Shown one piece after another: positions 10,852 to 25,300 of a DNA stretch of 64,000 nucleotides. Position 1 is the first letter of the stretch, and every line of letters begins with the position of its first letter. The notes beneath the pieces were generated by a model, which was not told where the DNA came from, made no database searches, and was given only the letters and a program-made list of their open reading frames with translations. Source of the stretch: Azolla caroliniana (taxonomy: Eukaryota; Plantae; Polypodiophyta); NCBI GenBank assembly GCA_043228905.1, contig JBHGNT010000003.1:14570001-14634000 (forward strand), written 5' to 3'. The position numbers were made by a program, and so were the translations under genes.

Positions 10852-11171
10852 CGCTTAGACGAGTAGAACATATTATTAGAAGCGTTAAATAAACGCATGT
10901 AACGGTTGACGCTAGGAGCGTAATGGACTAAAAGCCTTGTGTATATTTCTGGGAAATCCTCTGTAAAGTGGGAGCGTGTATTTCTGGGAGCTGCCTTTTG
11001 TAATACAATACTATCTTCTCTGATTCCCATGTCTGTGTAAGTCGTCTACTGCTTCGGTGTAGTGCCCTGTTGGTAATTATGGGCTAGTAAGTGTAGGGTA
11101 AGTGTGTATATGAGATCACGCACCGGTGAGCTTCAGTTGTAGCTGTCTCCCTTCATGTCCAGACAATACGT

Positions 11172-11836
11172 TGTCGTGGAGAAAACCGTCCCTAGGCGGA
11201 ATCGAAGAATGATGTGCGCGAACCGGCCCTTACACGCAGGCACAAGTTTTGTTGTAATGTACATATTTGGGTACAAGTCGGTTGATGTGAATATTCTAGG
11301 TCGCACGGATTTGATAGGTAGGAAATCGAGGCATATCTCTGTCCAAAAGGAAAGAGAATAAAGATGATGTAACAAGTTGTAACGGCCTCCCTCCTTGGGC
11401 TATAAAAGAAAGGCAGAGGAATCGAAAAAGGGATCTCTTTTGTCGAGGACAAAGTGTTGTCAGACTAGGACCGAACTCTTCTCCTCCGTCTTTCTCTGTA
11501 TTTTGCTCTATATAGGTTTTCGGGAGGTTGACTCTGCTCCGCAGAACGCCCGAGTGCTTCCGGTAGAGTTTCCATCTCGCTCTTCAGTGTGCGTGTGTGT
11601 AGGCGTAGGAGATTTGTCGCTCACTATAACCCCTTTTTCATCATAATATATATATACATATACGCATTTGTCTCGTTTCCGTTGTTTCATTCAGTTGCGG
11701 TTTCTATGTATCTGTGTGTGTGTGTGTGGAAGCACGACCATTGTCTTTCTTGCTCCTACTCCTGATTAGTCATTCCTTGGTCCAAGTCCCCCATGGTCCC
11801 GCCTCGTTCTATATGCACGCGCGTAACAATGCGACA
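11172..11836 (+). repeat. C1 5' LTR
   Basis: TGTCGTGG...GCGACA; repeated at 17470 and, inverted, at 22358-23016. Confidence 0.9.
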
Positions 11837-11840
11837 TATT

Positions 11841-11858
11841 TGGTGAACCCGATGTGAA
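11841..11858 (+). promoter_or_regulatory. PBS, tRNA-Trp
   Basis: TGGTGAACCCGATGTGAA; complementary to the plant tRNA-Trp 3' end as recalled (..TTCACGTCGGGTTCACCA). Also at 40845-40862, 47662-47679 and 59667-59684. Confidence 0.85.
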
Positions 11859-11881
11859 CCGGTGGCAGAGGAATAGAAAAG

Positions 11882-14008
11882 ATGAGGGGAACAGAGCTTG
11901 CAGAAACCATGGCTTCAGTTGTAGATCGATTAGTGAGTGCGCATGAAGGCACAGGAGCCTTTGATAGGGCTATTGAAGCAATCGTTGACACGATAGGTCG
12001 GTTCGGTGGAAAGGACGCCATGAGCTACTTGGAGGCCTACCGAGCCGAAATGGTGATCAGGGACATTCCGGAAGACAGGCGATTGGCCGGATTCCCTCGG
12101 GTGGCGATGTCGGGCATCCACACGGAGGTGCTTGAGGTACGGGCTGAGAGCCGGACCTGGGAAGAGTTTGAAGGTCGGATTCTTGAGAAATACAGGCTTG
12201 ATGACGCGCTTCGGCTATCGAAGCGGGATTTCATGGAATGGGTGGAGACCCCCGAAAAGGGGAGAAACGCGTCGGTGCTCCTCCGGGAGTTTGAAGAACG
12301 CTTCGTGCGTCTTTCGGCGCTGGACCGGACCGTACTGGACACGAGTCGTGTTCTATTATTTGTTAAATCGGTGGACGTGAGGGACCGGGAGCAAGTGGGC
12401 CTCCTGTTGGAGACCAATGACGGGCTAACGGCCGACTGGGCCGTGGTGAAGAGAGTCTACGGCTGTTTCGACAAACGACTTGAGTGGGTCGATAAAGGCT
12501 CGTCGGGGGTGGGCTCTGTTGCGGCAAGGAAGCTTGAGGTACCCCCACCGGCGCGAAGGGAGGAGACCCGAGACTGGCTCGAGGCCGGCTCGACTTCGAC
12601 CAACATGGTCAATAGCCCGTCCGGAGGAGCGGCTCTGGAGGAGCTGACTCAGATGGTGAGCGACCTCCAAATTGCACAAGCACGGAGGGACGATGGCGAA
12701 CAAGCCCGTGACCGAAGGCCTCCGACTGGGCATCGGTGCTTGTGGTGCGATGCGGTCGCCCACGACTGAAAGGACTGCAGGGACTTCGCCGAAGCGATAA
12801 GGGCCAACGTGGTGTACCTGTGGAATGGGCGGGTACACGCTAGCGAAACCCGGAGGGCCCTGGATCTGAACGTCGGACGAGGGGGGATGAAACAGTTGAT
12901 GGAGGAAGCGGCGGCTTGCCACGCAGAGACCATCCACTATTCGGCGTCAGCGGGAATCTGGGTTGGGAGTGATGAAGTTCGAAAAACGAAGGATTTCGGG
13001 TTTTGGCCATTGATGCTGGAAGGCCTAGCCGGCATACGGCTAAGGAAAGAGGAAGCGGACCACACGGAAAGACTGGTTCGGGAGGTAACCGGGTGGAGTG
13101 ACCCGGTCGAAGAGAAGACGGGCTTTGTGGAAGCCGCGTGCCAAAACTACGAGGTTCTGGTGGAAGACAAGCGAGCGGGAAAGACCGGGGGGGCTGGACC
13201 CTCACAATGGTATGAGACCCGGTTCGGGCCGAAGCAGAATGATGTCAGTCCACCCTACGCACCAGACAAGGCCAAGAAGGCCAGTTACCGGTTGAGCACA
13301 GAGATTGAAAGGACCACGGACCTACGAAAGGTCCTGGAGGAATGGATCCTCGATAACAAAGTGGAGTTGTTGCTGAGGGAAGTGCTTGGTATCTCCAAGA
13401 AGGAGTTCCATGACTCCATCGTAAACTTGGTGAAGCGGAATAGGCTTTCGACAGAGCCGGAGCCGGAGAAGCCAGTGGAGGTGTGAATGACGCACCTAGA
13501 AGACATGGCCCAGGAGGACGAGTTGGCGGAAAGCCACTACTCGAGGCTACTTTGGGCTAGGGCCACTACGGAAACCCTTGTTCGGATCAGGGACGTCCAC
13601 GAGCCGGTGGTGGCGTTGGTAGACCACGGTTCGGAGATCAACTTGATGTCCATGGACTTCTACAAGAAGCGAAAGTGGCTGATCAACACCAAGCACGGGT
13701 GGAAGATACGGGCGGCAATGCGTGCCACGGAGGATCTACACGGAGCTTGCCTGAATGTACTAGTGAAAATCGGCGATGTCGAGATCGATCAACACTGCTT
13801 CATGCAGGAGACGTCCTCGCATCCGGTGATACTCGGAGAACCGTACATCATGGCGGCGCGCATGGAGACGAAGGTGATGGACAACGGTTTGGCGTATGCC
13901 CGAGTCAAAAGCCAGGATGGGCGTCATTCCGTTCAGTTTCTAACGGTACGACCGAACCACGTGCATAACCGCGAGACCCTTGGCGGCGAAAGCCGACGGG
14001 ATTTTTAG
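11882..14008 (+). pseudogene. gag: C1 gag-protease (nonsense mutations)
   Basis: In-frame ORF pieces 11882..12769, 12809..13486 and 13487..14008; CLWCDAVAH knuckle; ALVDHGSEIN protease. Confidence 0.85.
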
Positions 14009-17000
14009 AGAGGGCTATCAAGGCGTGGGGACACGATAGTCCGGACACTCCGGAAAAACCCCACACATGTATAGTAGGCAGAAGAACCTGTAACATAGGT
14101 AGGAAGTTTTGGTTCTCCGACAGCGGAGGTTGTACAATAGCCGACATCGTTGGCTGGGAGAAGAAGCGGGAAAAAGAGCGACTCAGGGCATGCGGAGTCC
14201 TCGCCCCCGAAGAGGAAATCAACGGAGCCGTGGAGGTAGTCTCTCTTGACGACCCCTTGGGGAAGTTACAAAAGATGTTTAGAGAGGGCCTTAGTGAAGA
14301 CCGGACGATTCCAGTATGTTCGGAAAAGATGTACGAAGTCATTGCTGACTTCGGTAGAGGACTCGAGTCGGATCGGACGGCCCGAGTGGATACAAAGTAC
14401 AAGACTGTGGACCGGAAGGTGAGGCCAGTCGCGGCACCCTTGCCGGAGGGCAGCGAGTTACAGATGAAAGGGGTCGCGTCAGACCCAAGTTTACGAGATC
14501 CGGCTGGCATAGGACACTGATTCACCGACATAACGCTACGAGAGCTCAAGGTTGGTGGGGGTGGCTTTCTATTGCCGGCGTAGGAGGACTGGTTTCGGAG
14601 AATGCTCGGGAGGCACAAAAAGGCCTTTGCATTCTCGCCGGAGGAGATCGGGTGCGTAGACGCAACGATTGTGGAACCAATGGTGACCTTCGCATGTACT
14701 GTGGAATCTCAAACCAATTCCAGTACCTAGAGCTCACATCTTGAAGCTGATGGAGTTGCTGAAACAGAAGGTGGATATGGGCATCCTCGAACTGTCGAGT
14801 GCCCCGTATTCTAATCGTTGGTTTACCATGCCCAAGAAGAATGGCACGCTGCGCTTCATTTAGGACCTGCATCCGATCAACAATGTGACCATTCGGAACG
14901 CAGGAATCGGACCGACCATAGACGAGTTCGCGGAGGCCTTCGCCGGAAGGTCAATTTACTCAGTCGGTGATCTGTACTTGGGATACGATCAGTTCTAGCT
15001 AGCCGTGGAGAGCAGGGACATTACGACGATGCGGACTCCTCTCGGCCTAGTACGGATGTGTACCCTTCCACAAGGAGGGACGAACTCGGTAGCCTACATG
15101 GTGAACGCAATGAACAAAGTACTAAGAGATTGTATCCCGAACATCACCATGCCATTCTTAGACGACATCCCGGTTAAAGGATGCTCGGTGGAGGATAAGG
15201 ACGAGACAATCGAACCGGACGGATGCCGGAAGTTCGTGGTGGACCACGTCGATGATTGCAAGAAGGTGCTGCAAAGACTAGAGGGCGCTAGGCTCACCTT
15301 CTCTGGGGAAAAATCGGCCTTCGGGCAATCGGAGATCATGGTCGTCGGACACCTATGCGGGCCATTCGGTCGGAAACCGTCGCCAGCCAAGGTAGAGGCC
15401 ATCTCCGCGATGAAGAGCGACTGCAATTCGGTCACAGAAGTCCGGAGATTCTTGGAAGCATGCGCGTTCTACCATATCTGGATCCCGCATTACGCACACG
15501 TCGCGGAGCCGCTCTATGGATTGCTAAAGAAAGGGCGTAAATTCGAGTGGAGAGAGGAGCATACAGAGTCGGTCCAGAAAATGAAAGAAGCACTTGCTGC
15601 GGCACCGACACTCCGGAAAGCGGTCTACGGTAAAGACATCCCGATTTACGTAACTGTAGACACGAGTCCGACCGGAATCGGATGGGTGATCAACCAGGAG
15701 GATGAGAATGGCACAAGGTTCCCCATCCGATATGACGTGAAAGTCCTCAGTGAACGACAGCCAGGGTACGCCCAGGTTAAACGCGAACTCTGGGGTATCG
15801 TTTCGGCGGTCAAGGCCGACAAAGACTATCTGATCGGGACGGAGGTGATAATTGAGACGGACTGCCTGCCGATTGTCGGTATGGTTTCCTGATGCGCGAC
15901 GCCGGACCTGGCAATGCTCAGGTGGATAGCGTACATAAAGACCCTGAATCCGGAAATACGACACATTTCCAAAAGGACAACGCCAAGGCTGACATGCTTT
16001 CGAGGGCGAGATTCCATGATGAGGACGACATGGTTTCGGAGGACAAAGAAGTCGGCATGGACTTCTTCGAGACGACTTACGTAACAACTAGGAAGGGGAG
16101 CACTCCGGCGCTTAACGAGTTTGACGAGAGCAAGTATGATGGGGAGTGGCTCCAGATCGGCGGGTTCCTGAAGACAATGACCCCGGACGTGGCGTGGGCA
16201 AAGGAAGAGACCAACCGGATTTGGAAGAAAGCGTACCGATTCTTCCTACGAGATGGGTGCATATGGAAGCATCCGAAGAAGAGAAACGACATCCTGCTCC
16301 GGGTTGTAGCGAAGAAAGAGGAACAGGTGGAATTGCTGACGGCGTACCACGAGAGTCCCTGGGCCGGACACCGCAGGATGTGGGCCACATTCGAGAAACT
16401 GAAGGGGAAGTACCGGTGGCCGGGACTATACTGAGACGTGCATCGGTTCGTGACGGCTTGCGAAAGCTGTCAGCTGCACTCCATAGTCCGACATCGGCAC
16501 GAGCTCCACTCGACCTACCCTCTGACCGTCCACTTCAAGTGGATGGTGGATCTGGTGATGATGCCAATGGGGGTAGGGCAGATGCGATATCTGGTGCTGG
16601 CTCGAGAGGACCTAACGAACCAGGTGGAAGGCTGAGCATTGCTGAACAAAACGACCGCGGCCGTGTGCCAATTTCTGATCGAAGAAGTGGTATGCCGGTA
16701 CGGGTGTGTAGGAAAGATCGTGGCTGACCATGGGGAACTGGACGCACAAGAGGCTGAAGAGTTGTTTGACCGGCTAGGGGTTAAACTCTTGCTCACCACG
16801 GCGTACAATCTAGAGGCGAACGGGAAGGTGGAACGCGGACACGGGCCGATCGTCAAAGCGTTAGTGCGGGCATGTGGAGGCCAAGTCGGAAACTGGCCGC
16901 GGCTCTTACCCTATGCATTGTGGGCCGACCGAACTACGCACAGTTCGGTTACCGGGTTCATGCCGACGGAGCTGATGTACGGGTAGAAGCCGATCATGCC

Positions 17001-17396
17001 AATGGAGCGAATGATCTCCTCATGGGTCGCGGTGGACTGGATAGATGAGATGAGCCGGGAGGAGCTGTTCATTCCACATGGGGGTAGCTCGAGCGAAGCA
17101 TGGACGATGTGGAATGAGCAGCTTTGGGTTTTGGTATATGACAGCAGCCTCGACAACCAACACAAGGCGATGCGGAAGTTTGCAAGGAGGTGGTTCGGGC
17201 CTTACGTGGTGACAAGCGCAAACGACAATGGGACCTACCATCTCACGGAGCTTGACGAGACGAGGATAGCAGTACTGGTGGTGGGAAAAGGATCAAAGCG
17301 TTCAAAAAGCAGCACGAGGATGAACCAGACCCGGATGACTTGGACAACGAGGATGACTGGTTCAGAGCGAATGGCGATCCGGAGGACGAAGGGTAA
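14002..17396 (+). pseudogene. pol: C1 pol (RT-RNase H-integrase), decayed
   Basis: RMCTLPQGGTNSVA, FLDD, VDTSPTGIG, AYNLEANGKVERGH, WFGPY; PPT-like AGGTGGGGGTGGA at 17457-17469. Confidence 0.88.
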
Positions 17397-18203
17397 GCGT
17401 GGGCCGGTATTCTCCGGCAAGAGTCTATTTTGGTGCATACCGGTGGATGCGCAGTTAGGTGGGGGTGGATGTCGTGGATAAAACCGTCCCTAGGCGGAAT
17501 CGGAGAATGATGTGCGCAAACCGGCCCTTACACGCGGGCACAAGTTTTGTTGTAATGTAAATATTTGGGTACAAGTCGGTTTATGTGAATATTCTAGGTC
17601 GCACGGATTTGATAGGTAGGAAATCGAGGCATATCTCTGTTTGAAAGGACAGAGAATAAAGATGATGTAACAAGTTGTAACGGCCTCCCTCCTTGGGCTA
17701 TAAAAGAGAGGGAGAGGAATCGAAAAAGGGATCGCTTTTGTCGAGTACGAAGTGTTACCGACTAGGAACACAATCTATGGTCAGTCCTTCGACCTAAACC
17801 TCCAAGTGACTATGTGACAACGAATGGTAGCGTCTGTCCGTAATACTTAGTGGGATATCCCCCGTAACCTAGCAGCGTATAAGGGAGACGGCTACAACCG
17901 AGCTCCTTAGACAGTGGGCTAGCGCACACACCGTTACTTACTCCTACGCTCTCAAGAATTACTGACACATAGTAGATTAGCCGCAACAACACACAGATAT
18001 CAGAGAAGATGGAACTCTATTACAATATGCCTCTTACATTCAAAATTACACGCTACCTCTATTAGAGGTTTTCTGCCCTTTATATACGCAGGGTCTTTTA
18101 GCCGTTCACGCTTCCCGCGTGAACTGTTACATCTGTTACAAAATTATTCTATTCCATATTACTACGCTCTTGCCCATCGGTTACTATTCTGGTGGACAAC
18201 ACT

Positions 18204-18220
18204 TGGCACGCCTGTGGGAC
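18204..18220 (+). promoter_or_regulatory. Inverted PBS-like site (tRNA-Arg-like) at the PPT position of B2
   Basis: LTR end ACAACA + CT + TGGCACGCCTGTGGGAC on the strand opposite to gag-pol. Confidence 0.8.
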
Positions 18221-18249
18221 AATGCCATGGCACGTCAGACCCATCCCTT

Positions 18250-21109
18250 TAATCTTCCTCCAAAATGGCCCTGATGTTTGGTTCTACTACGGTGTCCGCA
18301 TCCGGGGACGGCAGAGGGCCCGTCGGCGCATCGTTGTGTGGTTCCCCTGCCAAAGCTCCTAGTTTCGCGGTCGTCCTATGTGGGTGGGCCGGGTTCTATG
18401 GGCTCTTCTTGGGCGAGGGGGTTTGGTTCAGCCATCCGCGGGCTTGCGGTAGGTCGCGGTTCTAGTTCATCTGTCACTTCCCCCGTGATGTCGGCCGCTG
18501 TTGTGCGCTCTAGGGAGTGGGTTTGCGGTTCCTCTTGGTCTGGGACGTTCTCCGTGTGGTCGGCCGTAAGCGTCTACTCCAGTGGCTGGGGTTCCACTTG
18601 GGTGGTGGTGTCGCTGTTTGGTATTGCGGGGGACTCCGCTCACCGTTCCGCTTTGTTCACCATAGTGGTAGTTTCTGGTGACCTGGCCTGAGGTTCCTCT
18701 TGTTCGGCAGTATCCTAACTTGGTGTCGCAATGGATTCCTCGTTTGTTCGCGTGTTGTCGATTTGCGTGATCTGGTGAAACAGATCCTCCTGACTTTCGC
18801 CAAAATCATCTAGAAGTTGCGCGAGTTCCTCGGAGTGTTGGTCCGCTAGCACGCGATAATCCTGTGCTAGGTCCTTGCGTACCACCGCAATGCTTTCCTC
18901 ATTGAGCTTGTAGAACCCGCGACCGTCTTTCCTTCGGTTCTCCCAGTCCGCTCGGTATGTATGCAACTCTGCCGCCTGTGCGGTCACGCCATCCAGCCTT
19001 TATTGAGTGCCGCTTTTAATTGCGTCGTAAACCTCTCCCGATTGGTTTGAAGAAGTATGCGCACGTTGTCAGTTATTGCTTGGCAATGGTTGCGTGCTTC
19101 TTCTATGGTCTTCCTGAGGTTGTCAATTTCTTGTTTATTAACTGCCGCCGCTTCCTCCTAAGTGCTCCTCATTCCTGCCCACAGATGAGATTCTTTCGCA
19201 TGTAATTCCTCCAACCTGCCCATTTCATTGTTCAGATGAATTTCGAGCTGATGCCTTCTCTCCTATTCGCTCACCAGCTGCTCATCGAACCATGCTTTCT
19301 TTTTCTCTAATAGGGCCCGAAGTCCCGCGATTGCCGCTTTCGATTTTTTCGCTTCCTCCCGTATTTGGGCGTTTTCTTCTTTCATCTAGGCGTGCTATGT
19401 TGTCTCTGCTGCGAGTTTCTCTTCAAGGGTCCTTACTGCATTTCGGCCGTTGGCCCAAATGTCCTTTTCCCTGTCTGAGGACTGGCGAAGTTTAGCGCGG
19501 AGGCGGTCAATTTCTGATTCCGCTAGTTATACGACCCTTTTTGCTTTTGAGGCAATGGCGGTCTGAGCCTCAATCTCTTCCCTTAGGGTTTCCACGACGT
19601 TGTTTGGTGGTGGAGCTGCCTGTTGCCCCATAGTCGCGTTATTTTCCATTTCCGTGATGCGTTCGTTAGCTTTTTTGCAGCTCGACTTGGGTCAGTTTAA
19701 CCTTCTTCCACACATTCTTATTTTTAATGGCCATCTCCTTAGCGCTCATGCTGACCTTGGCTAGTTCCCTATGAACTTTGACTAGGGCCGCATTTAATGG
19801 GGGTAGTTTGTGGCTCATCGTCGCTTTCCGTCGTTTGTGTTAATGCACGCTCGATCATTCGGCGCTCCGAGTGCTCCTCGGACATTCGTTGTGAGACTTT
19901 TATTTGTTGCATTGCCAAGAATTCCATGAGCTCAAAAGAGGTTCTGAACTATAATAGTGCCCCAAACTCATAGGCCGTGTCCGGGATGTCTGGATACGCC
20001 AGGACCTCGCTTTCCACCGTTAATACGGCTCTCCCTCATTGTGATTGGGCCATAATGATCGGCCGTGGTTCTCGGATTATCTCAAAGGTGGTGTTGGGCT
20101 CCATAGTTGCGGAGCTGTCACCTACGATCGTTGTCTTCGCAACCGTGAGTGCGTCTTTCACTAATCGTCGCCCATCTTTCCTGTCCAGCCTTCGCCTTTT
20201 CGGCCTGGGGCTTCCTTGTCGTGGTTGGGCGTCTGGCTCCGGTGCCGCTTCCTCAGTGCACGCCGCCTGCTCTTCCTGCGTTGTTCGCGTGTTCGGCTGG
20301 GCCGGTTGGGGTTCATCTTCCCACTCTGTGGTGGCTAACTCCGCTAACCTTCGCTTCGCGGATCGCGGAGACGACGTGGGCTTGCTGGGATACGGTGTCG
20401 GCAGCCCTCGGGGTGGGAATAGTACCGTTAGGTACTGTTGTATGATAGGCCTGAGATTTTTGCCTCATTGATACACATGCAGGCCTTCCCTTAATGTCGG
20501 CCCTGTGATGACCCTCCAATTGTCTGTACACCCTTCAAAGGTATCAATAATGATACCTGCTTTCTGCTTGGGCATCCCATATGTGTTTACATGAACGCAT
20601 ATGACCTCTAATAGGAACTTGGCAACTTCACGGAAAAAGGGATCTAGGATCTCCTTCGTTCTATATGCCTTGGCGGAGGACAAATATGGACCGAAATATC
20701 TCTGCAGTGACTCCGCAGGAGGGATTTCGAAATGCCTTTCACCTAGTGATGACAGGTCCAACTTTTTCCGGATGGATGAGTTGGTGACCATGTCGATGTT
20801 GAGCTTTCTAGCGATGTCCAGTGCATCCGGGTGTGGAGGTGCCTTCGCGACCCTGATGTACCCATCCAGGCGTTTCTCCACGAGCCATCGACGTAAGGCG
20901 GTAGAGATAAATATCGGCATAGTCAAAGTAGGCTCGTGGGGTGAAGATTGTTGGTTGTGGTGGGCTTGAGCTCTGTGATAGGATGGAGAAGGAGGTGAGG
21001 AAGGGGAGCGATGAGAGCGCTGAGAGTGAGGAGTTGGATTTTTGTATTGTGCAGAAAACCTTCTATTTCCTTCTTTTTGTGGCCTAGGGTTCATTGGGCG
21101 GTGAGCCAT
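18250..21109 (-). pseudogene. B2 extra ORF downstream of integrase (decayed)
   Basis: ORF 20465..21238 aligns by eye with 29554..30687 (FEIPP..YFGPYLSSAKAYRT vs VDIPP..YFGEYLASGKAYRT); C-terminal motif in 18715..18987. Confidence 0.8.
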
Positions 21110-21269
21110 TGTGGTGTCGTGTGTTCTTGGTCTAGAAGTCTGTGCATGCATTAAGTTCTTTTTTAATAGTGACGCTATCTTCTCTTTCTTTTCTTTTCTT
21201 TCTTTTTTTTCTTTTTTTTCATAATGGTTACATACCAACCTATGTTTATACTATGATTCAAGTAGGACC

Positions 21270-22357
21270 GGCTACTTACTCCGCGGATTCTCCGGCTTTG
21301 TCTTGTCCAGCGGGGAATGGGTTAGGTGGCGTAGGTCCTAGATAAGGTTTAAGGGGAAATCCATTCACTTTCTACCGTAGTACTTCCCCGACCAATGTGT
21401 CCAGTTGAAACGTGCCTTGTTCCGCTCCGACTATCCAGTACGGGCCTGTCCAACGGAATTGTAACTTTCCTGGCATATGCCCCATGCGGGTTTGGAAAAC
21501 CAGTACCGCTTTGCCGACTGCGAAATCCTTATCCCGTGCGTTCTGATGTCGATCCACAAATGCTTTATGCTGTCGTTGCTCCTGCTCCAACATAGTCATG
21601 CTGTGTACACGTTTTTCGCCGAGTTCAAGTAGTTGGTGCAATCGTACTTCCTCCGACTTGGCTTCAGATAGTCGGTCCCGTACTTGAATCCGTAAACTGA
21701 GTAGTTGGAATTCTACCGGCATAACGGCCTCCAGTCCAAACACTAGTCGAAACAGTGTTGAATGTATGCTTGTTTTGTAGTTGGTCCTGTACGCCCATAA
21801 TGCACTATCTAATTTATCATTGACGATTTTCTTTAATATAGTCTACAATGTCTTGTTGGTGGATTTCACCAACCCATTCACCTGTGGGTAATATGGCGTA
21901 CTCTTCTTGTGGACCATAGCGTAATGCTATGTTAGTTCATGAACCACCGTATCGAGAAAGTGGCTCCCCTGATTGATGATGAGCTCAATCGGACAACCGA
22001 ACCGACACTAGATGTGTTCGTAAAGGAATCTCGTCGTGATAGCCGCTGTATTCTCCTATAGTGCCTTTGCTTCTACCCACTTGGTGCAATAATCCATGGC
22101 CACCAATATGTATTTATTACTCGTACGGGCCGCAGCTGGTGTGAAAGGGCCTACAAAATCCAATCCCCACTTTTGGAAAGGATCTAACGGCAATACGGGC
22201 CGGTGAGGCATTCTTGTGCCCTATGTTGGTTGCCCATCCGTTGACACAAATCGCACTTTTTGCAATAATCGTACGCATCCTTCTTTGTAGTTGGCCACCA
22301 TAGCCCTACTTGCCATATTTTCCGGGCCGTGACATCTCCCACGTAGTGGCCACCCGC
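21270..22357 (-). pseudogene. B2 integrase remnant
   Basis: GGHY..ARKIWQVGLWWPT..CDLCQR; GKLQFRWTGPY. Confidence 0.85.
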
Positions 22358-25300
22358 TGTCGCGTTGTTACGAGCGTGCGTGGAGAACGAGGCGGGACCA
22401 CGAGGGCCTTGGACCGAGAAATAACCGAATGAGAAGAGGAGAAGGAAAATACCGATGTACTCCACACGTGCACAGACATACAAATTCACAGGAGTTGCAA
22501 CTAACTCTGAACGATGGAGACAGAACGAATGTATATGTATATATAAATCAAGGAGTTACAATCAGCCAGCCGGTGAGTGGTAGGCTCCGACGCCTGTACA
22601 CACACACACACAAAACGCGAGATGGAGACTCTGCCGAAAGCACTCGGGCGTTACGCGGAGCAGAATCAGCCTCCCGAAAACCTGCAAAGAACGACTATGG
22701 AGAAGATAGAGGAGAAGAGCTCGGTTCTAGTCCGGCAGCACTTCTCCTCCACAAAATGCGATATCTCCTTTTTACAATACCTCTCCCTCTCTTTTATAGC
22801 CCAGGGAGGGAGGCCGTTACATCATGTTTATTCCCTGTCCTTTCGGACAGGGATATGCCTCGATTTTCTCCCTAATGAATGCGTGCTACCTAGGATTTCA
22901 CCTCAGCCGACTTGTACCTATCTACGTTTTATACAACAAAACTTGTGCCCACGGGTAAGGGCCGGTTTACGCACGTTATACCAGGTTTCTTCCTAGGGAC
23001 GGTTTTCTCCACGACATCCGCCCCCACCTAACTGCGCATCCACCGGTATGCGCCAAAATTAGACTCTTGCCGGAGAAGACCGGCCCACGCTTATCCTTCG
23101 TCTTCCGGATCGACATCCGTTCTGAGCCGATCGTTGTCGCTATCCAAGTCGTCTGGGTCCGGTTCAGCCTCGTGGCACTTTTTGAATGCTTTGATCCTTT
23201 TCCCCGCCACCGGTACCGCCATCCTTGTCCCGTTGAGCTCCGCGAGATAGTAGGTCCCATTGTCATTGGCGCTTGTCACCACATAAGGCCCGAACCACCT
23301 TCTTGCAAACTTCCGCATTGCCATGTGCTGGTTGTCGAGGATGCTGTCATACACTAGAACCTAGTCGCCTTCCTCGATCTTCTTCGGTCTCAATCGGTGA
23401 GTCCGGTAGAACCGTCCTTTGTTCTTTACCCTCGCCACCCGTAACTTCTCCGTGGCTCGGTCAACGTCCTCTGGTCTTCGCTCCAGCTGCCGAATCCGTG
23501 CTGCCAATAGCTCCTCCCGGCTCATCTTGTCTTTCCAGTCCACCGTGGCCCATGAGGAGATTGTCTGATCCGTTGGCATGATCGGCTTCTACCTGTACAT
23601 TAGCTCTGCCGGCATGAACCCGGTTACCGAACTGTGCGTAGTTCGGTCTGCCCACAACGCAAAGGGTAAGAGCCGCGGCCAATTCCCAACTTGACCTCCA
23701 CACGTCCGTACTAACGCTTTGACGATCGGCCCGTGTCCGCGTTCTACCTTCCCGTTAGCCTCCGGATTGTATGTTGTGGTGAGCGAGAGTTTAATCCCTA
23801 GCCGGGCAAACAACTCTTCCACCTCTTGCGCGTCCAATTCTCCGCGGTCGTTCACGATCTTACCTACACACCCGTACCGGCATACCACTTCTTCGATCAG
23901 AAATCGGCACACAGCCGCGGTTATTTTGTTCTGCAACGCTCGGCCTTCCACCTTGTTCGTCAGGTCCTCCTGAGCAAGCACCAGATACCGCATCTACCCT
24001 ACTCCCATCGGCATCGTCACTAGATCCACCATCCACTTAAATTGGACGGTCGGAGGGTAGGTCGGTTGAAGCTCGTCCCGATGTCAGACTATGGAGAGCA
24101 CCTGACAACTTTCGCAAGTTGTCACGAACCGATGCACGTCCCGGTATAGTCCCGGCCACCAGTACTTCCCCTTTAGCTTCTCGAATGTGGCCCACGTCCC
24201 GCGGTGTCCGGCCGGGACTCCCGTGGTATGTCGTTAGCAATTCTTCCTGTTCCTCTTTCTTCGTCGTTGCTGTTGCTCACTGAGGACTTTCACGCCGAAC
24301 CGGATAGGGAACCTCTCGCCATCGTCATCCTCTTGGTTGATCACCCATCCAATCCCGGTCGGACTCGTGTCTAAGGTCACGTAAATCGGAGTGTCTTTGC
24401 CGTAGACAGCCTTTCGGAGCGCCGGTGCCGCTGCAAGTGCTTCTTTCATCTTCCGGACCGACTTTGTATGCTCGTCTCTCCACTCGAATTTACGCCCTTT
24501 CCTCAGCAACCCATAGAGCAGCTTCCCGACGTGGGCGTAATGCGGGATCCAGATATGGTAGAATGCACATGCTCCCAGGAATCTCCGAACCTCCGTAACC
24601 GAATTGCAGTCTTGCTTCATCACGGAGATCGCCTCCACCTTGGCCGGACACGGTTTCCGACCATACGGCCTCCATAGGTGTCCGACGACCATGATCTCCG
24701 ATTGCCTGAAGGCCGATTTTTCCCCAGAGAAGGTGAGCCTCGCGCTCTCTAGTTTTTGCAATACCTTCTCACAGTCATCGACGTGAGCCGCCACGAATTT
24801 CCGACATCTGTCCGGTCCGATTGTCTTGTCCTTTTCCTCCACCGGGCATCCTTTGATCGGGATGTCGTCTAAGAATGGCATGGTGATGCCCGGGATACAA
24901 TCCCTCAGCACTTTGTTCATTGCGTTCACCATGTGGGCTACCGAGTTCATCCCTCCTTGCGGGAGGGTACACATCCACACTAGGCCAAGAGGAATCCGTA
25001 TCGTCGTAATGTCCCTGCTCTCCACGGCTAGTTGGAACTGTTCGTACCCTGAGTACAGATCACCGACTGAGTAAATCGACCTTCTAGCAAAGGCCTCCAC
25101 GAACTCGTCTATGGTCGGTCCGATTCTTGCGTTCCGAATGGTCACCTGGTTGCAGGTCTTGAATAAAGCGCAACGTGCCATTCTTCTTTGGCACGGTAAA
25201 CCACCGATTCGAGTATGGGGCACTCGATGGTTCGAGGATGCCCATCTCCACCTTTTGTTTTAGCAGCTCCATCAGCTTCAGGATGTGAGGTGTGGATACC

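Noticed and set aside
18240-18262. Purine-rich stretch as the B2 PPT
   Set aside because: It is about 40 nt from the LTR, is interrupted, lies in coding sequence, and has no counterpart next to the LTR in B3 or E.
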